From positions 576 to 64,575 of the forward strand of contig DATFXP010000018.1 of NCBI GenBank assembly GCA_035315785.1: DNA of 64,000 nucleotides, given 5' to 3'. Of this stretch, positions 1 to 8,071 are shown piece after piece. How positions within the stretch are numbered: the stretch's first letter is position 1; every line of letters starts with the position of its first letter. Origin of the DNA: Candidatus Udaeobacter sp. Its GTDB lineage: Bacteria; Verrucomicrobiota; Verrucomicrobiia; Chthoniobacterales; UBA10450. Both the position numbers and the translations under genes were made by a program. Under the pieces are notes generated by a model. It made no database searches and had not been told where the DNA came from. It saw nothing but the letters and a program-made list of their open reading frames with translations.

Positions 1-135
1 CGCCAGCACGGCGCGCGTGACTTCGCCTAACGAAAGCCGCGCCGAAGCAGCACCGTAGTCGCCGCCATCAACGGCGATCAGATTTCGAATTGATAAAGAT
101 ATAGTTAATAAAATTAAGAAAGTTGTCGTTTTCAT
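1..135 (-). CDS. 5' end of a secreted/membrane protein gene that runs off the window (partial)
   Basis: ATG at 133-135 (minus strand) followed by MKTTTFLILLTISLSIRNLIAVDGG..., a hydrophobic signal-like N-terminus. The frame stays open to the window edge. It is too short to appear in the ORF track. Confidence 0.3.
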   Translation of the reverse strand, partial: MKTTTFLILLTISLSIRNLIAVDGGDYGAASARLSLGEVTRAVLA

Positions 136-285
136 TGATCCAGGACTGCGGTTGAAGACCAAGTGTGCCAGCGAATGGGCACACCCCGGGCGTCAGCGTC
201 CTTGGATCAGATTAGAAACGTGCAGAGTAGCGCGAGTCGCGGCAGCGAAACGAGCGTGGACTCAACGCTGGAATAATCAGCCGAT

Positions 286-603
286 TTAGCTGTTAGCTGA
301 ATCGCCAGCGGAATTGGATCCCTGGCCGAGATTATGGCGATGTTCTGTTGGTCGGAAGTCGTTTTCGCTAAAGGCTGAGTAGCCGACCCAGTCCGTTGGT
401 GTGATGTAGCGCAGCACGTCTTGTTCGCGCAGGAACCAGGCGCACACGGCTTCTCGCTCGCAGTGTTTGTGATGATACACGGTGCCGCAGGCAACCGGAT
501 TGTCGCGGTAAATAGCGCGACTACAATTGCGGCAGAAACCGTCGCTCTCCGAATCATCCAGGGACTGATAGCACAATTGTCGCCGTAGATCGAATCCGAT
601 CAT
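286..603 (-). CDS. Cys/His-rich hypothetical protein, possibly metal-binding
   Basis: 105-aa ORF with clustered Cys/His (CxxC, YHHKHC, C-x5-C). It is divergent from the cation transporter gene. It overlaps an alternative low-complexity ORF (207..557) in another frame, so the frame choice is uncertain. Confidence 0.35.
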   Translation of the reverse strand: MIGFDLRRQLCYQSLDDSESDGFCRNCSRAIYRDNPVACGTVYHHKHCEREAVCAWFLREQDVLRYITPTDWVGYSAFSENDFRPTEHRHNLGQGSNSAGDSANS

Positions 604-684
604 TAACCCGGCTGAAAGGCTTTGTGTTCGTTTGATTTTGAATCAGCCTGCTCAGTGGCCGATCTAATTCCTACGGATTCAGCT

Positions 685-1308
685 ATGCCAAACGCCCGTA
701 TCCAGAATGCCCGGCGCGCGACCGATATGCGGAAGGGTCGCCGCTTAGAGTATTTCACACTTGGCTGGAATCTCACTGAGGCACTTGTTGGTATCAGTGC
801 GGGTGTCATAGCTGGCAGCATCGCCCTTATTGGTTTCGGGATGGACTCGATTATTGAGAGTTTTTCCGGTGCAAGTTTGCTATGGCGACTGCAATCTGGC
901 GAGGCTGACGAAAAGCGCGAGCAGATTGCGCTTAAACTTGTCGGCGTAAGCTTTTTTGTGCTGGCGATTTATATTGCAGCCGATGCGATTAAAACGCTTA
1001 TTCACCGAGAGCCACCGGCGGCCAGCATCGTAGGCATATGCCTTTCTGCGGTCTCAATTGTTGTGATGCCGGTTCTCGCTCGCGCAAAACGCCGTGTAGC
1101 AGCACGACTGAACAGCCGTGCGCTTGTGGCTGACTCGCGCCAAACTGATCTTTGCGCTTATTTGTCAGGCATTCTTTTTGTCGGGCTTGTACTGAATGCG
1201 CTCTTTGGATTGTGGTGGGCAGATTCGCTGGCCGCAATTCTCATGGTTCCGATCATTGCGCGTGAAGGCGTCGAAGCGTTTAAGGGCCAGTCCTGTGACC
1301 GTTGCTAA
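685..1308 (+). CDS. Short cation-efflux (CDF-like) membrane transporter
   Basis: Multi-TM protein with RLEYFTLGWNLTEA, GMDSIIESFSGASLLWRL and ADSRQTDLCAYLS motifs, typical of short cation diffusion facilitator-like transporters. The ATG at 685 is preferred over the ORF-track start at 622. Confidence 0.6.
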   Translation: MPNARIQNARRATDMRKGRRLEYFTLGWNLTEALVGISAGVIAGSIALIGFGMDSIIESFSGASLLWRLQSGEADEKREQIALKLVGVSFFVLAIYIAADAIKTLIHREPPAASIVGICLSAVSIVVMPVLARAKRRVAARLNSRALVADSRQTDLCAYLSGILFVGLVLNALFGLWWADSLAAILMVPIIAREGVEAFKGQSCDRC

Positions 1309-1672
1309 AAGTCGTGTGCGAGCGGAGAAAAAGCTGACTGCGTTTGTGGAACTGGAATCGGCGATTCGCAAAAACAGCATTAACACCTCCGTCCTCGTTT
1401 GGTCTACCAGTAAGCGCCGAACGATTCTCAATAGCGGTCATATCAGGCAAAGCCCTACGCAAGAATTAGGTGGCGCCTGACAAGGTTTGCAAAACCAGTG
1501 TTTGACGTTGCCTGTCGGCGGCTGACAGACTCGGGCTCGCGCTAAGTCCGTTAGGTGTCTCCCCAGAGTCCCTGACCCTCTTCCCGCAGGGTAACCGCGA
1601 GCGAAAGGCTCGTTCGCACAACTAAAGCCAATTAAGGCCAGAACAATCAACATCAAACAAAGGATATTAATT

Positions 1673-2099
1673 ATGCGACACAACAAAATCGTTTCTGCGG
1701 CAATCGCGCTGTGCGTGACTGCCTTCTTCACGATTGGCTCACTGCCATCGGTGTCGGCTTCTACGCCTACACCGGTCACGATCACTGCGGTATATGATTT
1801 TTCGACGTTTCCCGATGTAACGGGAACGTTTAGCACAACCGGCGCTTACAATTTCAGGGACTTCTACAATGCATGTTGACCTGAATCCCTTTAATGGCGT
1901 GAGAGCTCATTGCGTGGTTACATTGACCGCGCCCGGTGGAACGATCGTTATTGATCAGCAATGTCAGTTTGCGAGTTCGCCACCTAGGGGAAGGTGCGAG
2001 ATTGTAAGCGGCACAGGTGCCTATGCGAACCTTAACGGGAACGGGTCGCTTACGATGCCACCTAACACCGAAGCAATGACAGGGTATATCTATCGTTGA
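1673..2099 (+). pseudogene. Small secreted protein split over two frames (possible frameshift near 1851-1860)
   Basis: ORF 1673..1879 has a signal peptide (AFFTIGSLPSVSAS). ORF 1869..2099 continues in another frame that is open from 1821. Both halves share a (S/T)GTGAY-type motif. The switch lies at TTT/GGG runs. Confidence 0.35.
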
Positions 2100-2205
2100 T
2101 GACAGGCGTTAATTACCCTGATTAACGTCGATAATCAGGATGCGCCATACTCAAGGAGCCGTCGTGCTTCACCGCATGGCGGCTTTTGGTTTCATGCGGT
2201 GACGC

Positions 2206-2372
2206 TCACGGCTCCTTCAAATCGCCCCTTGTGTTCGTGTGTCTCGATCACGTTGCCAGCATTATCGTAAAACGTGAATCACAGCATCATGTGAACGGCT
2301 GCGATGCCTGGCTTTGCCGATTGCGATGGTCCAAAATAGGGCCAGCTGGGTTAAAAATGAACCAGTGGTGGC
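2206..2372 (-). pseudogene. Degraded copy of the small 'HDAVIRVYD-GN-IETHEH-GDFKEW' protein family
   Basis: The reverse-strand translation gives ...LFWTIAIGKARHRSRSHDAVIHV, then (shifted at a T4 run) YDNAGNVIETHEHKG, then (shifted at a G4 run) DLKEP*. There are at least two frame breaks and no recognisable N-terminus. Confidence 0.45.
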
Positions 2373-2474
2373 CCTAAGTTGGACTTAGAGTTAGGCGCAC
2401 TTCAATAGCAGGATGTCGATTTTGGCGAAAGGAAACGGTTTCTAAGTGCCTATGATTCAATAGCTACTGCGGCG

Positions 2475-2951
2475 TTGATTCTTATTCAATTTGGGTTCGA
2501 ACGGAGAGTTGGCATAAACGTTGATTCCAAAAGCATCATGCATATCCAAAACCATATCAAAAATCGGACCGTTTTGTCGGCCGGCTCGCTTGTGCTTGTG
2601 TTTGCAAGCTGGCACCCAAACCAAGTCATCGCAGACGAGCTAAAAGAAGCCAAGGTGACTCAAGTCATCCAGGACGTTCAGGTGCTCCCATCGAACGCAT
2701 CACCGCGTCCGGCTGCAGTTAACGATAATGTTCGGCAGGGCACGGCGGTACAGACCGGCGTCCGGTCCCGGAGTGAGCTGACTTTCAAAGATCAGACGAT
2801 CACGCGCCTTGGCGAGAACACTATTTTTAGTGTAGGCGAAGGGGCACGAACCATTGACCTAGGCAGCGGTCAATTTTTGCTGTGGGTGCCGAAAAAATCT
2901 AGCGGCACGAAAGTCAAGATGGGAACCGTCACGGCAGCGATCACAGGGTAA
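2475..2951 (+). CDS. FecR-domain-like protein, apparently an N-terminal fragment only
   Basis: Signal/anchor segment followed by TFKDQTITRLGENTIFSV...GSGQFLLWVPK...GTVTAAITG*, which resembles the start of a FecR domain and stops abruptly. I found no continuation in other frames. The likely true start is the ATG at about 2535. Confidence 0.4.
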   Translation: MILIQFGFERRVGINVDSKSIMHIQNHIKNRTVLSAGSLVLVFASWHPNQVIADELKEAKVTQVIQDVQVLPSNASPRPAAVNDNVRQGTAVQTGVRSRSELTFKDQTITRLGENTIFSVGEGARTIDLGSGQFLLWVPKKSSGTKVKMGTVTAAITG

Positions 2952-3112
2952 ATTATCTGCAACGACGTGATTCGTAGAAGCTATTCTCGCTATGTTTCAG
3001 CCGTGAAGAAAAACAGCTGCTTTTTAGAGCACCAATTTTTGCAAAGCAAAAGACAAATACGGTGGGGGAGGAAAACGATCATCACGTTATCAAAGCCACC
3101 AAGGAGATACGT

Positions 3113-3220
3113 ATGCAACACCTGATTCTACTCGCGGTCGTATTGATGATGGTCCTCTACGTGCTGATCATCGCCGGCTGTTTATGTTATGTTGGGCGGT
3201 ACAGGCGTCGGATGTCCTAA
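3113..3220 (+). CDS. Unannotated 35-aa hydrophobic peptide (MQHLILLAVVLMMVLYVLIIAGCLCYVGRYRRRMS)
   Basis: ATG preceded by a strong Shine-Dalgarno sequence (AAGGAG, 6 nt upstream). It has one TM helix plus a basic C-terminal tail. It is below the ORF-track length cutoff. Confidence 0.4.
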   Translation: MQHLILLAVVLMMVLYVLIIAGCLCYVGRYRRRMS

Positions 3221-3269
3221 TCACCTCGCTCCTACTTAATGATGGGGCGTGCTTCGCGCATGTAAATGG

Positions 3270-3329
3270 CTATGAGCACTCTTTGAAGTCGCCCTTGCGC
3301 TGGTGCGTGTCGATCACGCTGCCGGTGTA
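3270..3329 (-). pseudogene. C-terminal fragment of a third 'IETHEH-GDFKEW'-family copy
   Basis: The reverse strand reads YTGSVIDTHQRKGDFKECS*. Only about 19 codons remain, and they overlap the 3' end of the neighbouring CDS 3314..3592. Confidence 0.3.
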
Positions 3330-3592
3330 GTATAGTTAAGAAAAGAAACTTCTGCCGCGCCCATTACTCCGGCCTTTTCCATGGCGTGGTGCAGATCGTC
3401 CGACTCAACGAATGCCCTTGCCTTATGGACGTCTTCTATCGAAAAAAACAGCGTCACTTCGTTTGGGTCGTCCGCGTTACGGAAAAGATAGATCTCTTTT
3501 AGTCCGGCCTTCTGCCGCGCCGACAGGTCCGCGTCATAGCCTGATTTCCATTTAGCGAAGTCAAAAACTTTGTAGCGAACCAATAGGTGCAT
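3314..3592 (-). CDS. Small dimeric alpha/beta-barrel ('cyclase'-like) protein
   Basis: 92 aa. MHLLVRYKVFDFAKWKSGYDA...EIYLFRNADDPNEVTLFF...ARAFVESDDLHHAMEKAGV matches the common roughly 95-aa ferredoxin-fold family that is often annotated as cyclase. Confidence 0.5.
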   Translation of the reverse strand: MHLLVRYKVFDFAKWKSGYDADLSARQKAGLKEIYLFRNADDPNEVTLFFSIEDVHKARAFVESDDLHHAMEKAGVMGAAEVSFLNYTTPAA

Positions 3593-3628
3593 GATGATTC
3601 AATGTCCTTTGTGGCCCCGTCACTCTAT

Positions 3629-3848
3629 TCACCATTCTTTGAAATCGCCAGTGTGTTCGTGTGTTTCGATCTCGTTGCCAGCGGGCATCGTAAACGCGAA
3701 TCACGGCATCATGTGAACGGCTGCTGTGCATCGCGTAACCGATTGCACTATCTGGCTTGTCATACCACAGCCGACCGAACGGCAGCACATCGGAAATCAG
3801 ATCGACACCACGTTTATCTTTGCGCGGGCGGATTTCGTAAACGTGCAT
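3629..3848 (-). pseudogene. Nearly intact 'MHVYEIRPRKDKRGVDLISD...HDAVIRVYD-AGNEIETHEHTGDFKEW' small protein with a 1-nt frameshift
   Basis: The frame from the ATG at 3848 reads MHVYEIRPRKDKRGVDLISDVLPFGRLWYDKPDSAIGYAMHSSRSHDAVIRVYDA. Removing one G from the GGG run at 3683-3685 (plus strand) restores ...AAGNEIETHEHTGDFKEW* with a stop at 3629-3631. Confidence 0.55.
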
Positions 3849-3891
3849 CGTTGATTGCATTGGTGATGCGACATTCAATCACAAAATCCTG

Positions 3892-4077
3892 TTAGTAATG
3901 TCCACCACTGATTGAATCGACTGAATCTTCGGCGCTTCGCTCACGGGGCGCATCGTTAGTCTGACTCGTCGTTACGTGTGTTGTTGCCGTCTCGTCGGGT
4001 GCAAAAATGCTCTCGCACGAAGCTAGTATCATCGCCACTAGAGAGAGGGCCGAAATGAAGATGATCGTGTTTTTCAT
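3892..4077 (-). CDS. Small lipoprotein (61 aa)
   Basis: MKNTIIFISALSLVAMILASCES contains a lipobox (LASC) after a signal peptide. The longer ORF-track start at 4284 is unlikely. Confidence 0.45.
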   Translation of the reverse strand: MKNTIIFISALSLVAMILASCESIFAPDETATTHVTTSQTNDAPRERSAEDSVDSISGGHY

Positions 4078-4234
4078 AGCAAGAAAAATTGTCGTTGACG
4101 GCGCTAGGCATTCAATCAAAAAGCGCCGCGCGCCGTAAAGCGTGCAGGACTCGTTGGGCTGGAATCGTCCGATCACCGGGCGGCAATCAAAAGCGCGGCT
4201 GGCGTGATCCTGTGAGGCAAGACAGGGCGCAATT

Positions 4235-4486
4235 TCAGAGGGAATTAACTGCGAGCCAAGCCTGCGCATTCCGCGCTTGATCAACGAAGTTCAGCCGCTG
4301 TTTAGCGGATCGGGTTCGCTCCCAGTTTAGGCGGGAGCGATACAAATCAGCATAATGTCGAGCAGCTTCCCCATCGACTTCTGCCAAATTAAGGAGGTTC
4401 TTCTCGATGATTTCGATCTCCGTGTCAGTCATTCGCTTAGTGGCAACCCGATCACAAAAGTCAATCAAAGAGTCAATCGTTTTCAT
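4235..4486 (-). CDS. Hypothetical protein (83 aa)
   Basis: ORF starting MKTIDSLIDFCDRV..., predicted helical. I recognise no motif. The upstream extension to 4630 looks non-coding. Confidence 0.3.
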   Translation of the reverse strand: MKTIDSLIDFCDRVATKRMTDTEIEIIEKNLLNLAEVDGEAARHYADLYRSRLNWERTRSAKQRLNFVDQARNAQAWLAVNSL

Positions 4487-4713
4487 GCCATCTGTAAGTT
4501 CGGATACGCGCCACAAGATGGGCGTGCTGCTTGGGTTGTATTTCGACGATTGAAGGAGCTCAGTGTCGAACGCTGAGGGGGTAAATTCGCGTTTTCCCGT
4601 CGATCGGGGGCAAGAACCCCTGACGTTCAACTAAACGTTAACGACGTTTTCGTTATAGGGGTGGACCTCGGTTCAATGAGCCGTTTTCCGTCTAACCGCC
4701 CATAGGGCGCTGG

Positions 4714-5181
4714 CTAGAGCGCCGTGAGAAAAATGTCGAGCACGCGAGATGCGTAAGCGTATCCTTCCTGCCATTCGCTTTGGCGCGGGCCGCCGACGTT
4801 CAGAATGTCGATCTGATTCTTGCGGACAAAATCCGCGATCAACGCCGATGCCTCTTCGGTCGCAAATCCTGATGCGTCGATCAGTTGGTACGGCCGCTCT
4901 AGCTCAACACAGAAGCGAACTGTCTGCTCAGTACCGCCACGAAGTTCTCTGGAGTAAATGACGACAGTTCCATCAGAATCTTTTACGTTCTGCAACGTGC
5001 GTTCGGTGAAACCGCCGCCTGGTAATTCCTGAACTGGGTAGTGATCCGGAATTTTGCCGAATTCATCGAGTCGGCCTGCAGGGCACCATCCCCCGCATTC
5101 AATTCCATGTTTGAGCGCGACATCGAGCGCGGCGCGATCCACGCCTGTTTGCCCGCCCGAGATGATCCTCAGTTCCTTCAC
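4714..5181 (-). CDS. YpsA / 'putative molybdenum carrier' family protein (SLOG superfamily)
   Basis: The N-terminal ISGGQTGVDRAALDVALKHGIECGGWCPAGR motif is characteristic of this family. Confidence 0.65.
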   Translation of the reverse strand: MKELRIISGGQTGVDRAALDVALKHGIECGGWCPAGRLDEFGKIPDHYPVQELPGGGFTERTLQNVKDSDGTVVIYSRELRGGTEQTVRFCVELERPYQLIDASGFATEEASALIADFVRKNQIDILNVGGPRQSEWQEGYAYASRVLDIFLTAL

Positions 5182-5222
5182 TGTAGCGGCGCTCTATGAC
5201 CGCCTACCACGCACCGCCACCT

Positions 5223-5609
5223 CTAATCACCTGTCGGAACAATATCCGCGCGCTCGACCATCAGGATGACCGCGCGTTCAGGCGCACGTGTTCGATGACG
5301 CACACCTTTCGGCACGACAAAGCCCTGTCGCGCCGCGAGCTCGATGACGCGATCTTCGAGATCGATTAGGAACCGCCCATCGAGCACGAAAAAAAATTCA
5401 TCGATATCGTTGTGCTCATGCCAGTGATATTCGCCTTGAATCACAGCCATCCTAACGACTGAATCGTTCACCTTGCACAGCGTCTGGTTGTACCATTTGT
5501 CTGTGCAGTCGTTGGCCAGCTTCTGCACGTCAATCAATTCGAGCGGCGCATGCAGAATGTTCAGGTACGTTTTGTAGGGAAATTTTTCGACGTCTTGTTG
5601 CGAACCCAT
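5223..5609 (-). CDS. Cupin-domain protein
   Basis: GEYHWHEHNDIDEFFFVLDG...VVPKGVRHR forms a two-motif cupin signature. Confidence 0.6.
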   Translation of the reverse strand: MGSQQDVEKFPYKTYLNILHAPLELIDVQKLANDCTDKWYNQTLCKVNDSVVRMAVIQGEYHWHEHNDIDEFFFVLDGRFLIDLEDRVIELAARQGFVVPKGVRHRTRAPERAVILMVERADIVPTGD

Positions 5610-5616
5610 GATGTAA

Positions 5617-5696
5617 TTTTACCGCAGAGATCGCGGAGGTCGCGGAGAAAGATCTACTACATTTGCTCTGCGTTCCCGGCGTCCTGTGCGGTAAAA
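5617..5696. repeat. 80-bp palindromic intergenic element with perfect 10-bp terminal inverted repeats
   Basis: TTTTACCGCA (5617-5626) and TGCGGTAAAA (5687-5696) flank GCGGAG-type short repeats (cagagatcgcggaggtcgcggag / ctctgcgttcccggcgtcctgtgcgg). Confidence 0.5.
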
Positions 5697-5704
5697 CTGG
5701 AGTC

Positions 5705-6193
5705 CTATTCTTCGCCGTCGAAATAATCGGTCTCCCCGCCTTTGATGACGACTCGATCGGCGGCTGACGACTTGTTCACTTTCCATTTCTTACTGTCGGG
5801 ATAATACGCGGATTCCCCGATCGGATTATCGGCGATTACATAGTAAATGAGGTCTTCTGCACCAGAGTTGATAATTTGATGCGGTTCGTCTGGGCCGAAG
5901 ATGAACGCGTCGCCGGGCGTAACTTCGGTCTTTCCATTCTTATGGCGAATAGTGGCCTTTCCGGAAATCACCAAATACAATTCCCATTGCGCCGAGTGTG
6001 CGTGGTAAGGGAAATTGGGTTTTCCTGGCGGCACGCGGCTCCATTCGAGGTCAAACGGATGCCGCTTCGACAGGTCGAGCGAGGCCGGTTCGCGTCCTAG
6101 CGCCTCCGAAATTCCTTTGAAGGAGACGGCGTACTTTCCACCAGGCGATTGCCACGGCTCTTCTTTGATTTCGTTAACGTTAACCTTGCGCAT
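5705..6193 (-). CDS. Cupin-domain protein (tandem paralogue 1)
   Basis: PYHAHSAQWELYLVISG...GDAFIFGPDEPHQIIN cupin motifs. It is colinear with 6244..6744 and shares termini with it (MRK.N......YFDGEE*). Confidence 0.65.
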   Translation of the reverse strand: MRKVNVNEIKEEPWQSPGGKYAVSFKGISEALGREPASLDLSKRHPFDLEWSRVPPGKPNFPYHAHSAQWELYLVISGKATIRHKNGKTEVTPGDAFIFGPDEPHQIINSGAEDLIYYVIADNPIGESAYYPDSKKWKVNKSSAADRVVIKGGETDYFDGEE

Positions 6194-6210
6194 ACGAAAA
6201 TTGCTGGGCT

Positions 6211-6237
6211 GGCGTCTGACACAGACGCCCTACAACC
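6211..6237 (-). terminator. REP-like GC hairpin (GGCGTCTG-aca-CAGACGCC + CTACAA) downstream of the cupin gene
   Basis: Perfect 8-bp stem at 6211-6229. It lies directly 3' of the stop of 6244..6744 on the minus strand, and the same sequence recurs after rpoC. Confidence 0.4.
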
Positions 6238-6243
6238 TGGAAA

Positions 6244-6744
6244 TCATTCTTCGCCATCGAAGTAATCGGTCTCATTTCCTTTGACGATCAGTTCTTCGGA
6301 TCCATCGGTAGTGACGGCCCATTTGCCACTGTCGGGATAATAACAGGAATCACCTGTTGCGCCGCCACTGCGCGGGTTGTCGGCGATCACGTAATAAACA
6401 AAATCCTCGTTGCCGGCATTTGTAAGCTGATGCGCGTCGCCTGGCTGAGACAGAAACGCGTCCCCAGGCCCTACTTCAGTTATCCCGGTCTTATCGCGCA
6501 CGTTGCCGCGACCGGAAACGACGAGATAAAGCTCCGATTCCGCTGCATGCGCGTGATAGGGGCAGAGCGATTTGCCCTTTGGAATTCGCACTAGCGCGAG
6601 ATCAAACGGATGGCGCTTCGACAAATCGAGCGACTGCGGTTCGCGCCCAAGAGCAATCGAAATGTTCTTGCTAATCCGTCCAAATTTTCCTTTTGGCGAT
6701 TTTCGTTCCTGCTCGGGAACATCTTTGAGATTAATCTTTCGCAT
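6244..6744 (-). CDS. Cupin-domain protein (tandem paralogue 2)
   Basis: PYHAHAAESELYLVVSG...GDAFLSQPGDAHQLTN. It aligns along its full length with 5705..6193. Confidence 0.65.
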   Translation of the reverse strand: MRKINLKDVPEQERKSPKGKFGRISKNISIALGREPQSLDLSKRHPFDLALVRIPKGKSLCPYHAHAAESELYLVVSGRGNVRDKTGITEVGPGDAFLSQPGDAHQLTNAGNEDFVYYVIADNPRSGGATGDSCYYPDSGKWAVTTDGSEELIVKGNETDYFDGEE

Positions 6745-6776
6745 TTGGAAGGATCTCTCGCCTGTTTCGCTTAAGA

Positions 6777-7031
6777 CTAACGAGACGAGACTCGCTTTCT
6801 AGTGGCAATTGTGAAAATGGCAATCGCTGCCCAAACCAAGTTCACAACTGTAGAGGGATATGCCCCATAGAAAATTGTGTTTGCGGCCAACAGAGCACTG
6901 CCGCCGATGTTCAGGAACTGAAATGCAGAGGAATGTCCTTCCCATTTCCTGGAGGAGACCATCGCAAACGCCACAAGCAGAGCAACGGCTCCTATCCATC
7001 CAATCGTATCAAACCAAAAGTGATTGTTCAT
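6777..7031 (-). CDS. Small 3-TM membrane protein (CBU_0592-like)
   Basis: 84 aa. GWIGAVALLVAFAMVS...FQFLNIGGSALLAANTIFYGAYPSTVVNLVWAAIAI resembles that small membrane protein family. The assignment is from memory only. Confidence 0.45.
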   Translation of the reverse strand: MNNHFWFDTIGWIGAVALLVAFAMVSSRKWEGHSSAFQFLNIGGSALLAANTIFYGAYPSTVVNLVWAAIAIFTIATRKRVSSR

Positions 7032-7061
7032 GCATCCTTGATCGTCTTGATTCCAATTCGC

Positions 7062-7979
7062 TCATGCACCCCATTTTTTCGGCAGCTTTTGTTTAAGTGT
7101 CTCCACTGGCTCGAACAGGTCGCCCTGTTTTTCCACACGCGCGAGTGTCTGGTCAGAACGAAACTTTAGGAACTCTGCTTTTTTCTTTTTCAAACAGGTC
7201 TCCACTTCGTTCCAGGTAACCGGAGTGGAAACGGTGGGCTGCTCCTTTGCGCGTAACGAATAAACGCAAATAGTGGTCTTGTGTTCATCGTTCTGGCTCC
7301 AATCGACGAACACTTTTCCTTTACGCACGGCCTTGGACATGTTCGACGTGACGAGATCAGGATGTTCACGTTCCAAGCCCTGAGCCAAAGAGCGCGATAA
7401 ACCCTTGGTCTGATCGTAAGTCACTGACGTGTTCAGCGGAACATAGACTTGTAGGCCTTTGGAACCGCTCGTTTTCGCGAACGCTTTCAATTTCATTTTG
7501 CTAAGCAGTGTGCGCAGCCAGATCCCGACCTGGCAGCATTGAACGATGTCGGCTGGAGCGCCCGGGTCGAGATCGAACACCATCATCGTCGGACGTTCGA
7601 TGTTGTTTTTGCGCGACAACGACGTGTGCAGTTCGAGATCCGCGAGGTTAGCTGCCCAGACAAGCGTAGGCAGATCGTTAGCGAGACAATAGTGCATGAT
7701 CCGGTGGTTACCCTCGCTCCACACCTTTGCTGTCTGTACCCATTTCGGCCGATGCGCGGGGCAGTTCTTCTCGTAGAAAAACTGACCTTCCACGCCATCT
7801 GGATAACGCTTCATTGTGAGGGGACGATCCTTCAAATGCGGCAAAAGCACCGGCGCGATGCGGATGTAGTAATCAATCACCTGCGCCTTGGTGAAATCCG
7901 CCTTCGGATAAAGAACCTTGTCCAGGTTCGATACCTGAAGCTTTCGATCGTCGATGATGAGTTCTGCCTTCTTGGACAT
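7062..7979 (-). CDS. ligD: NHEJ DNA polymerase/primase (stand-alone LigD Pol domain)
   Basis: LQVSNLDKVLYPKADFTKAQVIDYY..LPHLKDRPLTMKRYPDGV..FFYEKN and the later FDLDP motif are typical of the LigD polymerase domain. Confidence 0.8.
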   Translation of the reverse strand: MSKKAELIIDDRKLQVSNLDKVLYPKADFTKAQVIDYYIRIAPVLLPHLKDRPLTMKRYPDGVEGQFFYEKNCPAHRPKWVQTAKVWSEGNHRIMHYCLANDLPTLVWAANLADLELHTSLSRKNNIERPTMMVFDLDPGAPADIVQCCQVGIWLRTLLSKMKLKAFAKTSGSKGLQVYVPLNTSVTYDQTKGLSRSLAQGLEREHPDLVTSNMSKAVRKGKVFVDWSQNDEHKTTICVYSLRAKEQPTVSTPVTWNEVETCLKKKKAEFLKFRSDQTLARVEKQGDLFEPVETLKQKLPKKWGA

Positions 7980-8001
7980 CGATCTAAACGTCGCACAAGG
8001 T

Positions 8002-8053
8002 CCACAAAGGACGCAAAGGTTCTAATTTTCTCTACGCTTGGTGACCTTTGTGG
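8002..8053. repeat. Intergenic inverted 9-mers (CCACAAAGG / CCTTTGTGG) within a roughly 80-bp repeat-like spacer
   Basis: Seen at 8002-8010 and 8045-8053. The surrounding words (caagg, aggacg) are reused in shuffled order, so the architecture is loosely similar to 5617-5696. Confidence 0.3.
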
Positions 8054-8071
8054 TCGTCCTGCGAACCTTGA

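Noticed and set aside
1438-1836. 132-aa minus-strand ORF overlapping the start of the secreted-protein gene
   Set aside because: The hydrophobic stretch mirrors the plus-strand signal peptide, and I recognise no motifs. It is likely a shadow ORF.
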